Shown here in pieces: positions 1 to 10,165 of a DNA stretch of 64,000 nucleotides; the first letter of the stretch is position 1; each line of letters begins with the position of its first letter. Under the pieces are notes generated by a model. The model was not told where the DNA came from, made no database searches, and saw only the letters and a program-made list of their open reading frames with translations. Source of the DNA: Anaerovibrio sp. Lineage in GTDB: Bacteria > Bacillota > Clostridia > Christensenellales > Aristaeellaceae. The position numbers were made by a program, and so were the translations under genes. The stretch lies in the NCBI GenBank assembly GCA_963611355.1, contig CAVDRM010000003.1:16020-80019 (forward strand), written 5' to 3'.

Positions 1-481
1 CCAGCAGAATATAGTTCAGCTCCTTGTGCTTTGCGTTGGTTGTGATGAGCGCCAAATCGCACACCCCCTCGCACAGAAGCTTCTCCAAGGTATCCGAGCC
101 GTGCTCGTGCAGCTCGATGCGCACATACGGATATTTTTGCGTAAAGTCCGGTATCACCTGCGGCAGAAGCTGCATCCCGCGCTGGACGGAAAAGCCCAGC
201 CGCATCCTGCCGTGCGACTCTTTTTTGATTTCTTCGATTTCATTGAGCAGGTTCGTATCGATGCTCATGACCTCGCGGGCGGCCTTCACGAACATCTGCC
301 CCGCGTAGGTCAGCGACATGGGCGAGGTGTCCCGATTAAAAATCGGCGTTCCCAGCTGCTCCTCCGCCTGCCGGATGGTCTGGCTCAGCGACGGCTGGGA
401 GATGTAGAGCTGCTTCGCCGCCTCCGTCATGCTGCCTGCGCGGAGCACCGCCAGCACATACTGCGCGTGCTTGAAATTCAT
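1..481 (-). CDS. LysR-family transcriptional regulator, N-terminal part (gene runs off the left edge of the window)
   Basis: The reverse strand from the ATG at 481..479 reads MNFKHAQYVLAVLRAGSMTEAAKQLYISQPSLSQTIRQAEEQLGTPIF..., a canonical LysR winged-HTH. It is absent from the ORF track because it is truncated by the window edge. It is divergent from the tct/cit genes. Confidence 0.8.
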   Translation of the reverse strand, partial: MNFKHAQYVLAVLRAGSMTEAAKQLYISQPSLSQTIRQAEEQLGTPIFNRDTSPMSLTYAGQMFVKAAREVMSIDTNLLNEIEEIKKESHGRMRLGFSVQRGMQLLPQVIPDFTQKYPYVRIELHEHGSDTLEKLLCEGVCDLALITTNAKHKELNYILL

Positions 482-501
482 TCCCTCGCTTCCTCCCTTC
501 C

Positions 502-528
502 ATAACTTTTAATTTATAACCTCCATAA
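502..528. promoter_or_regulatory. Overlapping AT-rich dyads (ATAA-N8-TTAT / TTAT-N7-ATAA); candidate LysR operator
   Basis: The sequence ataacttttaatttataacctccataa lies between the divergent LysR start and the tct promoter. LysR proteins typically bind T-N11-A dyads in such positions. Confidence 0.3.
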
Positions 529-540
529 GAAACAATGTAA

Positions 541-569
541 TTGACTTATGTGCAGGGAGAGTTTATCAT
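541..569 (+). promoter_or_regulatory. Candidate sigma-70 promoter for tctC (TTGACT-17 nt-TATCAT)
   Basis: ttgact at 541-546 and tatcat at 564-569 with a 17-nt spacer, about 120 nt upstream of the tctC ATG. Confidence 0.45.
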
Positions 570-689
570 ATGTTCATACAGAATGCAAGATGTGGGCGAA
601 AATTATTTATTTTCAACACAGTTTGCGTTCGTATCGTTACAAAAGTGCCGGAAGGCACACACAAACCATCAGCCAAGGAGGTTTTCCCT

Positions 690-1694
690 ATGAAGAAACT
701 GGTATGCCTCACCCTGGCGCTCGTCATGCTGATGAGCGTCGCCATCCTGCCCTCCGCCTCCGCCGAGGAAGAATGGAAATTTGAACGCAAGATCGAGCTT
801 GTCTGCCCGTGGGGTCTCGGCGGCGGCGCCGACTCCACCCTGCGCCCGATGGCGAATCTGCTCCAGCAGAAGCTGGGCGTGGCCGTGGAAGTCCGCAACG
901 AAGCCGGCGCGGGCGGCGTGACCGGCATCGAGTACACCTATAAGCAGCCCGCCGACGGCTACACCTTCATGCTGGGCACCCAGTCCCTGTTCATTCAGGA
1001 CATGCTGGGCAACACCTCGATGGACTTTAAGACCGAGATGGAATGCATCGACGTCCTCGTTCACTCCATCAACCTGCTGGCCGGCTCCAGAATCCAGCTT
1101 GAAAAGTACGGCATCACCAACTTCACCGAGCTGAAGGCCTATGCCGCCGAGCATCCCTATGAGCTGAACGTCGGCATGCTGACCGCCACGGGCGTGGACG
1201 GCATGTGCTTCGAAATCGCCACCGAGGGTCTGGCGCTGAATCTGGTGCAGTACGGCGGCGGCGCCGAGATCAACGCTGACCTGGCGGGCGGCCACTGCGA
1301 CCTGGGCGTCGGCGGCTACGACGACATGAGCGGCCTCATCGAGTCCGGCGACATCGTCCCGCTGCTGGTGTTCTGCGAGCATCGTCTCTCCATCTTCCCG
1401 GACTGCGAATGCACCGCCGATGTAGGCATCGACTCCTACGCAGGCCCCTGGCGCGGCATCTTTGCGAAGAAGGGCACCCCGCAGGGCGCTATCGATGCGC
1501 TGGTCGCCGCCATCGAAGAATGCCGTCAGGACCCCTCCTGGCAGGAATTCATCCACAATGCCGCCTATGACGAGCGCACCGTGCCCACCCCCGGCGAAGA
1601 GCTGAAGACCTTTGTCTGGAATGAATACAAGGATTTGCGCGACTACATGGTCGAGCAGGAGACCCTGGAAAAGGACTATGACGACCTGAAGTAA
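690..1694 (+). CDS. tctC: Tripartite tricarboxylate transporter substrate-binding protein (TctC/Bug family)
   Basis: RBS aaggagg lies 7 nt before the ATG at 690. Signal peptide MKKLVCLTLALVMLMSVAILPSASA. Bug-family-like body (ELVCPWGLGGGADSTLRPMA...GAGGVTG). It is followed by tctB and tctA. Confidence 0.85.
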   Translation: MKKLVCLTLALVMLMSVAILPSASAEEEWKFERKIELVCPWGLGGGADSTLRPMANLLQQKLGVAVEVRNEAGAGGVTGIEYTYKQPADGYTFMLGTQSLFIQDMLGNTSMDFKTEMECIDVLVHSINLLAGSRIQLEKYGITNFTELKAYAAEHPYELNVGMLTATGVDGMCFEIATEGLALNLVQYGGGAEINADLAGGHCDLGVGGYDDMSGLIESGDIVPLLVFCEHRLSIFPDCECTADVGIDSYAGPWRGIFAKKGTPQGAIDALVAAIEECRQDPSWQEFIHNAAYDERTVPTPGEELKTFVWNEYKDLRDYMVEQETLEKDYDDLK

Positions 1695-1834
1695 ATCGCT
1701 GTTCCTCTTTGAACATGGGGAAGGAGACATGCTCTTCTTCCCTATTTTAGAAGGCATTTCCGCTAATTCTGCGTTAAAAATATGCATCTGTTTTTCACGG
1801 AATGTCTAAAAAACAAAAAGGGAGTTGAGAAGCC

Positions 1835-2356
1835 TTGTTTGAGCTGTTTGCCAACATCATCATGCTGGTATTCATGGTATTCGCCTTCTTCACTCATGTG
1901 TTGGAGGCGAATATCCCGAAGAAATACGCGGCAAACCCCTACAACCTGATGCCGGACGTCTGGCCGAAGGTCATCATCGGCCTCATCGTGCTGTGCCTCA
2001 TCATCAACATCATCAAAATCATCCGCAAGAACAAAGGAAACCCCGAATTCACCCTGAGCGCGTTTGCGAAAAACAGCCTGGCCTTCTTCAAGAGCAAGAT
2101 GTTCCTGGGCATGCTGATTCTGGCGGGCGCCGCCCTGTTGATTGAAACGCTGGGCTTCGTCGTCACCACCTTCCTCATCCTGTTCCTCTACGGCATGCTG
2201 CTGGGCGAAAAGAAAATCGTCCGCCTGCTGATTATTTCCGTGGTGGTTTCGCTCGCACTGCACATTATCTTCAGCGGCCTGCTGGACGTGACGCTGCCCC
2301 GCGGCACGATTCCGTTCCTGCGCAACTTCGCGCTGTGGCTTGAAAATCTTGTTTAA
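1835..2356 (+). CDS. tctB: Tripartite tricarboxylate transporter small membrane subunit (TctB family)
   Basis: A 173-aa, 4-TM hydrophobic protein between tctC and tctA. TTG start preceded by gggag. The exact start is uncertain. Confidence 0.7.
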   Translation: MFELFANIIMLVFMVFAFFTHVLEANIPKKYAANPYNLMPDVWPKVIIGLIVLCLIINIIKIIRKNKGNPEFTLSAFAKNSLAFFKSKMFLGMLILAGAALLIETLGFVVTTFLILFLYGMLLGEKKIVRLLIISVVVSLALHIIFSGLLDVTLPRGTIPFLRNFALWLENLV

Positions 2357-2375
2357 AGAGGAGGCGAGTTAAAAC

Positions 2376-3890
2376 ATGGATTTCGGTCAAATGTTGCTTT
2401 CCGGCGTTCAAGCCGTATTCGGCGGCGGCCAGTTTATCATGGTTTTGCTGGCCATCGTTCTGGGCACAGTCTTCGGCGCTCTGCCCGGCGTCAGCGCGAC
2501 AATGGCTGTTGCGCTCGGTCTTACCTTCACCTACACGATGGCGCCTGTTCCGGCGGTCGTCTTCCTGGTCGCCATTTACTGCTCCGCCATCACCGGCGGC
2601 TGCATTACCGCCATTCTGTTCAAGATTCCCGGTGTTCCCTCGTCTGCGCCGACCACCTTTGACGGCTACCCGATGGCGCAGAAGGGACAGGCGGGCAAGG
2701 CCATCGGCGTGGCGCTGTTCTGCTCCGCCATCGGCGGCCTGTTCTCCGCCATCGTCATGTTCGCCATGAGCACCCCGCTGTCCAAGGCGGCGCTGGCCTT
2801 CGGCCAGGGCGACCTCTTCGCCGTCACCTTCCTGGGGCTGTCCATCCTGACCGTGCTGGACACCAAGCACATCCTGACCACCATCATCTCCGGTCTCCTG
2901 GGTCTGCTGCTTGCCTGCATCGGCCAGGACCCGATGGCGGGCGTTGCCCGTCTGACCTTCGGCAACCGCCAGCTGCTGGCGGGCATTGAAATGATTCCCG
3001 TGCTGATCGGTCTCTTCGCCGTGAGCGAGGTGCTCAAGCAGACCAACGAAAAGAAGCGCCTCTCCGCCGAGGAAGGCATCAACAAGGGCCGCGTGAACAC
3101 CAAGATGCCCTCCCTCAAGGAAATGTGGAGCATCCGCTGGGTCATGCTGCGCTGCGCCATCGTCGGCACCATCATCGGCATCCTGCCCGGCGCGGGCGCG
3201 ACCATCGCTTCCTTCATGTGCTACGCGATGGAGAACAAGCTCTCCAAATATCCCGAAAAGTTCGGCACAGGCATCATCGACGGCATCGCGGCCGGCGAGA
3301 CTGCCAACAACGCGGCGACCGGCGGCACGATGGTTCCCCTGCTGACGCTGGGCATCCCCGGCGGCAACGCGGCGGCCGTTATGATGTCCGCCCTGGCGCT
3401 CAAGGGCGTGCAGATGGGTCCGCTGCTGCTGACCAACCAGCCCGAATTCCTCTCCGCGACCTTCGTCACCATGATTGTCACCAACATCCTGATGGTCGTC
3501 GTGGCCATCGGCATTGCGAAAATCTTCGCGCAGATTCTGTCCATTCCCTACAGCTACCTGGGCCCCATCATCCTTATGCTGGCGACCATAGGCGCATACT
3601 CCGAGGGCAGTGCCGTGGGCGTTCAGGTCATGGTGCTGGCCGGCATCATGGGCATTGTCGTCAAGTATATGCACCTGAACAGTGCGGCCATCGTGCTGGG
3701 TCTGGTGCTGGGCGGCATGTGCGAGGAGCATTTCAGCCGTGCGTACCTCATGAACCGCGCCAATGTGGGCGCAGCCCTGTTCGGAACGCCCATCGCAGCG
3801 GTGGTCATGACGGCCTGCATCCTGATGCTCCTGAGCCCCGTGTTCATGCCCCTGCTCAAAAAGCTCTTTGCCAAGAAAAAGCAGGCCTGA
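2376..3890 (+). CDS. tctA: Tripartite tricarboxylate transporter large permease (TctA family)
   Basis: A 504-aa polytopic membrane protein. TctA-like motifs (GALPGVSATMAVAL, ILPGAGATIASF, GGTMVPLLTLGIPG). Confidence 0.9.
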   Translation: MDFGQMLLSGVQAVFGGGQFIMVLLAIVLGTVFGALPGVSATMAVALGLTFTYTMAPVPAVVFLVAIYCSAITGGCITAILFKIPGVPSSAPTTFDGYPMAQKGQAGKAIGVALFCSAIGGLFSAIVMFAMSTPLSKAALAFGQGDLFAVTFLGLSILTVLDTKHILTTIISGLLGLLLACIGQDPMAGVARLTFGNRQLLAGIEMIPVLIGLFAVSEVLKQTNEKKRLSAEEGINKGRVNTKMPSLKEMWSIRWVMLRCAIVGTIIGILPGAGATIASFMCYAMENKLSKYPEKFGTGIIDGIAAGETANNAATGGTMVPLLTLGIPGGNAAAVMMSALALKGVQMGPLLLTNQPEFLSATFVTMIVTNILMVVVAIGIAKIFAQILSIPYSYLGPIILMLATIGAYSEGSAVGVQVMVLAGIMGIVVKYMHLNSAAIVLGLVLGGMCEEHFSRAYLMNRANVGAALFGTPIAAVVMTACILMLLSPVFMPLLKKLFAKKKQA

Positions 3891-4000
3891 CAATTTTCAA
3901 TCAACTGTCTCGGGGCGCTGACGGGAGGCCGGATACGGTCTCCCGCGGCGTCCCCTTCTCAAAAGCGGATATTTGCTGTGAGCAACAAGCGGAGGAGACT

Positions 4001-4303
4001 ATGACAATCGATAAAAGTGCCGTCGCCGGCACGCTGGAAAGCAGCGACGCGCAAATCACCGTAGAGCCGGGCGCGGACGGCCTTCAGCTTGACATCACCT
4101 CCAGCGTCATGAATCAGTACGGGCGGCAGATAAAGGCGGCCGTGCTGGAAACGCTGGAAAGGCTTGAGGTCAAAAGCGGCCATGTCACGGTCGTGGACAA
4201 GGGGGCGCTGGACTGCACCCTGAAGGCGCGGGTGGAATGCGCGGTCTTCCGTTCCTGCGGCAGGAGCGACAAGGATATTCCGTGGGGAGGTGCTGTCAAA
4301 TGA
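4001..4303 (+). CDS. citD: Citrate lyase acyl carrier protein (gamma subunit)
   Basis: The last 100 codons of ORF 3125..4303. RBS ggaggag before the ATG at 4001. MTIDKSAVAGTLESSDAQITV carries the prosthetic-group Ser motif (GTLESSD). Confidence 0.9.
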   Translation: MTIDKSAVAGTLESSDAQITVEPGADGLQLDITSSVMNQYGRQIKAAVLETLERLEVKSGHVTVVDKGALDCTLKARVECAVFRSCGRSDKDIPWGGAVK

Positions 4304-5214
4304 TTCCTCGCCCAAAGCCGGAGCGCTTCCGTCTGCGCCGCACCATGATGTTCATGAACGCGCAGAAGCCAGGCCTCATCAAAGACGCTTACATTTACGG
4401 CGTGGACTCCATCATGCTGGACCTGGAGGACGCTGTTGCCGAAAACCAGAAGGACGCGGCGCGCTTCAGCCTCTATCATGCCCTCAAGACCATTGATTAC
4501 GGCGATACCGAGGTCATCGTGCGCATCAACGGCCTGGACACCCCGCACTGGCAGGAGGACATCCGCGTGTGCGTGGCGGGCGGGGCGGACGGCATCCGCA
4601 TTGCCAAATGCGAAAGCGCGCAGGACGTCAAAGCCGTCGAGGAATATACGGAGAAGGCCGAGCGGGAGTTCGGCGCGGAAATCGGCCGGACGCTGCTCAT
4701 GGCGGCGCTCGAAAGTCCCAAGGGCATCATGAACGCATACGAAATCTGCACGGCCAGCGACCGTCTCTTCGGCGTGGCTATTTCCGGCGGCGACTTCCGC
4801 CGCTGCATGCAGACCAAGCCCACCGCGGACGGCGTCGACATGCTCTTTGCCCGCGGCCAGATGCTGCTGGCAGCCCGCGCCGCCGGCGTGCAGTGCTTTG
4901 ACACCGTGTTCACCGATTTGGACGACAACGAGGGCTTCCTGAACGAGGTGCGCCAGAACAAGGCCATGGGCTTTGACGGCAAGAGCCTCATCAACCCCAA
5001 GCAAATCCGCCCCGTTCACGAGATATTTGCCCCGACCGAAAAGGAAGTGCTGCAGGCCGAAATGTGGGTCAGCGCCTTCCGTGAGGCGCAGCAGAAAGGC
5101 ATCGGCGTCTTCACCGTGAACGGCAAAATGGTGGACCTTGCCTTTATTCCCGGCGCTGAGCGCACCCTTCGCCTCGCCAAGGCGTATGGTATGTATGAGG
5201 GGGATTTGGTATGA
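4300..5214 (+). CDS. citE: Citrate lyase beta subunit (citryl-CoA lyase)
   Basis: The ATG at 4300 overlaps the citD stop (ATGA). HpcH/HpaI-type sequence (RRTMMFMNAQKP...DSIMLDLEDAV...DGKSLINPKQI). Confidence 0.9.
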   Translation: MIPRPKPERFRLRRTMMFMNAQKPGLIKDAYIYGVDSIMLDLEDAVAENQKDAARFSLYHALKTIDYGDTEVIVRINGLDTPHWQEDIRVCVAGGADGIRIAKCESAQDVKAVEEYTEKAEREFGAEIGRTLLMAALESPKGIMNAYEICTASDRLFGVAISGGDFRRCMQTKPTADGVDMLFARGQMLLAARAAGVQCFDTVFTDLDDNEGFLNEVRQNKAMGFDGKSLINPKQIRPVHEIFAPTEKEVLQAEMWVSAFREAQQKGIGVFTVNGKMVDLAFIPGAERTLRLAKAYGMYEGDLV

Positions 5215-6767
5215 AAAACGCAGTCGGACGGGACATCCCCGAATTCCTTCTCACCAACGGGCGTGAGGTCTATCAGGGCAAGAACTGCATGGACGGCCAA
5301 TATATGCAGAAGGCCGCCCCGCGCACCCGCCGCTGTGAAAAGCCGCAGGAGAGCAAAATCGTTTCCTCCCTTGCGGACGCGCTCCGTCAGTGCGGCGCAA
5401 AGAGCGGCATGACCTTTTCCTTCCAGCACCATCTGCGCAACGGCGACTTCGTGGTCAATATGGTCATGAAGGCCGCCATCGAGGAGCTGGGCTTGGATAA
5501 CCTGACCATCGCCGCGACTTCCCTGGGCGAGGCGCACGACCCCGTGGCCGAATACATCGAGCAGGGCAAAATCGTCGGCATCCAGACCAGCGGCATCCGC
5601 GGCAAAATCGGCGAGGTCGTTTCCGCAGGAAAGCTGAAGACCCCCGCCGTCATCCGCAGTCACGGCGGCCGTCCCCGCGCCATCGAAGCGGGCGAGGTGC
5701 ATATCGACATCGCCTTCATCGCCGCCCCGACCAGCGACTGCATGGGCAACTGCCGCGGCATCGGCGGCAAGAGCAACTGCGGCTCGATGGGCTACGCCAT
5801 GACCGATGCCCGCTATGCCGACCATGTGGTGGTCGTCACGGACTGCTTGGTAGACTTTCCCAATATGCCCGCTTCCATTGAGGCCATTGACGTGGACGCG
5901 GTGGTCGAGGTGGAGTCCATCGGCAACCCGAAGAAAATCGCCAGCGCCGCCGCCCGCATCAGCCAGAATCCGCGTGATCTGATGATGGCGGAGAACGTGG
6001 CGCGCATCATCGCCGCAACGCCCTACTTTAAAGAGGGCTTCTCCTTCCAGACCGGCGTGGGCGGACCCTCCCTGGCAGCCAACCTCTTCCTTGAAAAGTA
6101 CATGGACGAGCGCGGCATCAAAATGGGCTGGGCTATCGGCGGCATCTGCAAACCGATGGTCGACCTGCTGCAAAAAGGCAAGGTCGGCAAGGTCATCGAC
6201 GTGCAGGATTTTGACCTGGACGCGGTGAATAGCATTCATCAGACCCCGAACCACTTTGAAATGAGCGCCAGCCAGTACGCCAACCCCGCCAACAAGGGCG
6301 CGTTCGTCAACAAGCTGGACTTCGTGGTGCTGGCGGCGCTGGAAATCGACACGGGCTTTAACGTGAACGTTCTGACCGGCTCGGACGGCGTTCTGCGCGG
6401 CGCGCCCGGCGGACACCCCGACGCGGCGGCGGGCAGCAAGTGCTGCATCATCGTGACCCCGCTCATCCGCGGCCGCATGGCGACCGTTTGTGAGCATGTC
6501 GTCACCGTGACCACGCCGGGCGACTGTGTGGACGTGCTGGTGACGGACTACGGCATCGCCGTCAACCCCCTGCGCCCAGACCTCATTCGGTGTCTGGATG
6601 AGGCGCATATCCCCCATGTCCCGATTGAAGCGCTTCAGAAAAAGGCGTACAGTCTGGTCGGCACGCCGGATGACCTCGAATGGGAGGACAGGGTCGTCGC
6701 CGTCCTGGAGGCACGGGACGGAACGATTTTGGATGTCGTTCGGAAAATCAAGCCGCTTCAGCTGTAA
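5211..6767 (+). CDS. citF: Citrate lyase alpha subunit (citrate CoA-transferase)
   Basis: ATGA overlap with citE. 518 aa with CitF-like sequence (MTFSFQHHLRNGD, GIQTSGIRG, QTGVGG). Confidence 0.9.
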   Translation: MKNAVGRDIPEFLLTNGREVYQGKNCMDGQYMQKAAPRTRRCEKPQESKIVSSLADALRQCGAKSGMTFSFQHHLRNGDFVVNMVMKAAIEELGLDNLTIAATSLGEAHDPVAEYIEQGKIVGIQTSGIRGKIGEVVSAGKLKTPAVIRSHGGRPRAIEAGEVHIDIAFIAAPTSDCMGNCRGIGGKSNCGSMGYAMTDARYADHVVVVTDCLVDFPNMPASIEAIDVDAVVEVESIGNPKKIASAAARISQNPRDLMMAENVARIIAATPYFKEGFSFQTGVGGPSLAANLFLEKYMDERGIKMGWAIGGICKPMVDLLQKGKVGKVIDVQDFDLDAVNSIHQTPNHFEMSASQYANPANKGAFVNKLDFVVLAALEIDTGFNVNVLTGSDGVLRGAPGGHPDAAAGSKCCIIVTPLIRGRMATVCEHVVTVTTPGDCVDVLVTDYGIAVNPLRPDLIRCLDEAHIPHVPIEALQKKAYSLVGTPDDLEWEDRVVAVLEARDGTILDVVRKIKPLQL

Positions 6768-6811
6768 TGCCGCTTAACGCCTGAGCACAGGATAAGAAAG
6801 GAGCGTCCGCC

Positions 6812-7846
6812 GTGAGCTATACCGTTGCTGCGATTTCGGATAAGCGCGGCTATGCCGCGGCGGACGCCCTGCTTTTAAAAAGCGGCCTCAGGCGGGATGC
6901 GCTGGCGGATTACACCTGCGGCGTATTTGATGATGACTTTACGCTTTGCGCCACGGGCAGCAGCTATCAGAATACCCTGCGCTGTCTGGCCGTGGACGAT
7001 GCCCACAGGGGCGAGGGGCTGATGAACCTGGTCATCAGCCATTTGTGTGAAATGCAGGCAGCGCGTGGATGCACGCGCCTCTTTTTGTATACCAAGCCCG
7101 CCTCGGCGGTCTTTTTTCGGGAGCTGGGCTTTTACGAAATCGCCCGCACGACGGATGTGGCGTTCTTGGAAAACAGGAAAAACGGCTTTTCGGACTGGCT
7201 GAAAACGCTCTCGATAGCTTCTGCGCCCAGGGACAGAACCGCCTGCGTGGTCATGAACGCCAATCCCTTCACGAAGGGGCACCGCTTTTTGCTGGAAAAC
7301 GCCTGCGCCGCTGCGGACGCCGTGCATGTGTTCGTTTTAAGCGAACGCTTCGGCCCTATCTCGCCGGAAATCCGCAAACAGCTGGTGGCGCTCGGCACGG
7401 CGGATTTGCCGAAGGTCATTCTGCACGACAGCGGGCCTTACATCATTTCCTCGGCGACCTTCCCCAGCTATTTTCTCAAACAGGAGCAGCAGGTTTCCAG
7501 GGTACACGCAGCACTGGACGCGGCGGTCTTTGTGCGCATCGCGCTGTCCATGAACATCGGCGTCCGCTTTGCGGGCGAGGAGCCGTTCAGCCGGGTGACG
7601 GCGCTGTACAACGCGGTCATGGCGGACGCCCTGCCCAAGGCGGGCATTGCATTTCACACCGTGCCGCGCCTTACGCTGAACGGCCGCGCTGTCAGCGCCA
7701 GCGATGTCCGTCAGTCCATCCACGACGGAAACATGGACGCAGCCCATGCCCTTCTCCCCGAAACCAGCTGGCGCTTCCTGACCGGCCCGGAAGGGCAGGA
7801 CACCGTGAATGCCATTCAAAGGGAAACGCAGCTCATTCACCACTAA
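6812..7846 (+). CDS. citC: [Citrate (pro-3S)-lyase] ligase
   Basis: GTG start after aaaggag. An N-terminal GNAT-like part plus a cytidylyltransferase-like part (VVMNANPFTKGHRFLLE). It sits directly after citDEF. Confidence 0.85.
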   Translation: MSYTVAAISDKRGYAAADALLLKSGLRRDALADYTCGVFDDDFTLCATGSSYQNTLRCLAVDDAHRGEGLMNLVISHLCEMQAARGCTRLFLYTKPASAVFFRELGFYEIARTTDVAFLENRKNGFSDWLKTLSIASAPRDRTACVVMNANPFTKGHRFLLENACAAADAVHVFVLSERFGPISPEIRKQLVALGTADLPKVILHDSGPYIISSATFPSYFLKQEQQVSRVHAALDAAVFVRIALSMNIGVRFAGEEPFSRVTALYNAVMADALPKAGIAFHTVPRLTLNGRAVSASDVRQSIHDGNMDAAHALLPETSWRFLTGPEGQDTVNAIQRETQLIHH

Positions 7847-7891
7847 TGCTCTTTTCAGCCAAACGTATCCATCAGTCTCAGGAGGTGCATC

Positions 7892-10165
7892 ATGCTCAAG
7901 CTATATGATTCCGGCGTGTATCTGCTGAACGGGCGGCAGATAGCCGAAACCGATGTGGAGGCCGCCCGCCTGTCCGGTCAGCCCGTCAGCAGGGAGGAGG
8001 CCGAACGCGGCACGATTGCCTACGGCATTTTGAATCGCCATAACCAAAGCGGCGATATGCAGCAGCTCCGGCTTCGCTTTGACAGCCTGACCAGCCACGA
8101 CATCACCTATGTCGGCATCATTCAGACCGCCCGCGCCAGCGGCATGACGCGCTTTCCCCTGCCCTATGTGCTGACCAACTGCCACAACAGCCTCTGCGCC
8201 GTCGGCGGCACCATCAATCAGGACGACCATGTGTTTGCCCTGTCTGCCGCCCGCAAATACGGCGGTATCTATGTGCCGCCGAATCTGGCTGTCATCCACA
8301 CCTTTAACCGAGAGATGATGGCGGGCTGCGGCAGGATGATTTTGGGCAGCGATTCGCACACCCGCTACGGCGCATTGGGCACTTTGGCCGTCGGCGAGGG
8401 CGGCGGCGAGCTGGCGAAGCAGCTTGTCGGGCGCACCTACGATATGGCGCGTCCGCAGGTCGTCTGCATCTATGTGACGGGCGCGCCGCGTCCCGGCGTC
8501 GGCCCGCATGATGTGGCGCTGGCCATCTGTGGCGCCGTTTATGCAGGTGGTTATGTCAAAAACAAGGTGATGGAGTTTGTCGGTCCCGGCATTGCCGAGC
8601 TGCCCGTCGAGTTCCGCAACGGCATTGACGTCATGACCACGGAGACCACCTGCTGGTCGTCCGTGTGGGAGACGGATGAAAGCGTCCGAGAATATCTGGC
8701 GCTGCACGGCAGGGAGGACGACTATCATCCCCTCGCCCCCGCGCCCGTCGCCTATTATGACGGCTGCGTTTATGTTGACTTGGCTAAAATCGAGTGCATG
8801 ATTGCCCTGCCCATGCATCCGAGCCTGTCCATGCCCATCCGAACGCTGCTGGAAAATCCGAAGGACATCCTGCACGACTGCCAGGAGCGGGTGAACGCGC
8901 AGATAAACGGCGCGAAAATCGACCTCCTGCATAAAGTCCGTGACGGCGGCGTGTATGTGGAGCAGGCGGTCATTGCGGGCTGCTCCGGCGGCATGTTTGA
9001 CAACCTCTGCGCCGCGGCGGACATCCTGCGCGGGCATTCCGTCGGGAACGGCGAATTCAGCCTGAGCGTCTATCCGGATAGCATGCCCTCCTATCTGGAG
9101 CTGATGAAAAACGGCGTGCTGGGCGATTTGGCAGGCACCGGCGCAATCGTCCGCGAATGCTTCTGCGGCCCGTGCTTCGGCGCAGGCGACACCCCCGCCA
9201 ACGGCGAGCTTTCCATCCGCCACACAACGCGCAATTTCCCGAACCGCGAGGGCTCAAAGCCGGGCGAGGGGCAGTTGAGTTGCGTTGCGCTGATGGACGC
9301 CCGCTCCATTGCGGCGACTGCCCGAAACGGCGGACGCCTGACGCCCGCAGCCGATTTGGACGTTTCTTACCGCAGCTATCGGCACACCTTTGACAAAAGC
9401 GTCTATGACAAGCGCGTGTTTTTCGGCTTCGGTCACGCCGATGCGGATGCTCCGCTTGTCTTCGGCCCGAATATTCGGGATTGGCCGTCCATGCCCGCCC
9501 TAAGCGGCGACCTTCTCATGAAGGTTTGCAGCTTTATCACCGACCCAGTCACCACCACGGACGAGCTGATTCCCTCCGGCGAGACCTCCTCCTACCGCTC
9601 CAATCCGGAGCGTCTGAGCGAATTTGCCCTCTCCAGAAAGGATCCCGCCTATGTCGGCCGTGCCAAGGCTGTCAGGGCGCTGGAGCAAAAGAGGCTTTCG
9701 GGCGTATTGCCGGACGAGGTTGCCCGCGTTTACGAGGTGCTTCGCCCCCTTGTGCCCGTTGACCCGCTCGAGACGAACATCGGCTCGGTCATTTTCGCCA
9801 ACAAGCCCGGCGACGGCTCCGCCCGCGAGCAGGCGGCAAGCTGTCAGCGCGTGCTGGGCGGGTGCGCGAATCTGGCCAAGGAGTACGCCACGAAGCGCTA
9901 CCGCTCCAACTGCATCAACTGGGGCATGGTGCCGTTTACGGTGGACGAGGCCGATGTTTTTTCCCTGAACGACTGGATTTTTATCCCCGGCGTTCGTCAA
10001 TCCATCTCAGAGGGCGCGTCCTCCATGACGGCGTATGCCGTCTCCGAGTGCGGCGCAGCCCGGCCGTTCATCGTCCGCATCGGTGCGTTAACGCCCGAAG
10101 AACGCCGAATTTTAGCGGACGGCTGCCTCATCAATCATTACAAGCAGGAGGGACAAGCCCTATGA
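7892..10165 (+). CDS. Aconitase-family Fe-S hydratase (domains 1-3 plus C-terminal swivel domain)
   Basis: 757 aa. GSDSHTRYG, IAGCSGG and CFCGPCFGAG supply the three Cys ligands expected of aconitase-type 4Fe-4S enzymes. The swivel domain shows the GDGSAREQAA motif. RBS caggagg upstream. Confidence 0.75.
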   Translation: MLKLYDSGVYLLNGRQIAETDVEAARLSGQPVSREEAERGTIAYGILNRHNQSGDMQQLRLRFDSLTSHDITYVGIIQTARASGMTRFPLPYVLTNCHNSLCAVGGTINQDDHVFALSAARKYGGIYVPPNLAVIHTFNREMMAGCGRMILGSDSHTRYGALGTLAVGEGGGELAKQLVGRTYDMARPQVVCIYVTGAPRPGVGPHDVALAICGAVYAGGYVKNKVMEFVGPGIAELPVEFRNGIDVMTTETTCWSSVWETDESVREYLALHGREDDYHPLAPAPVAYYDGCVYVDLAKIECMIALPMHPSLSMPIRTLLENPKDILHDCQERVNAQINGAKIDLLHKVRDGGVYVEQAVIAGCSGGMFDNLCAAADILRGHSVGNGEFSLSVYPDSMPSYLELMKNGVLGDLAGTGAIVRECFCGPCFGAGDTPANGELSIRHTTRNFPNREGSKPGEGQLSCVALMDARSIAATARNGGRLTPAADLDVSYRSYRHTFDKSVYDKRVFFGFGHADADAPLVFGPNIRDWPSMPALSGDLLMKVCSFITDPVTTTDELIPSGETSSYRSNPERLSEFALSRKDPAYVGRAKAVRALEQKRLSGVLPDEVARVYEVLRPLVPVDPLETNIGSVIFANKPGDGSAREQAASCQRVLGGCANLAKEYATKRYRSNCINWGMVPFTVDEADVFSLNDWIFIPGVRQSISEGASSMTAYAVSECGAARPFIVRIGALTPEERRILADGCLINHYKQEGQAL

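Noticed and set aside
1723-1752. A short hairpin (gggaag...cttccc + tatttta) between tctC and tctB, considered as a terminator.
   Set aside because: It has only a 6-bp stem and a weak T tract. It is more likely an intercistronic stabiliser or partial attenuator, which is common after binding-protein genes. It is not strong enough to call.
3125-4303. A 392-aa ORF spanning the end of tctA and citD.
   Set aside because: Only the last 100 codons (from the ATG at 4001, with an RBS) form CitD. The upstream part is an out-of-frame read through tctA.
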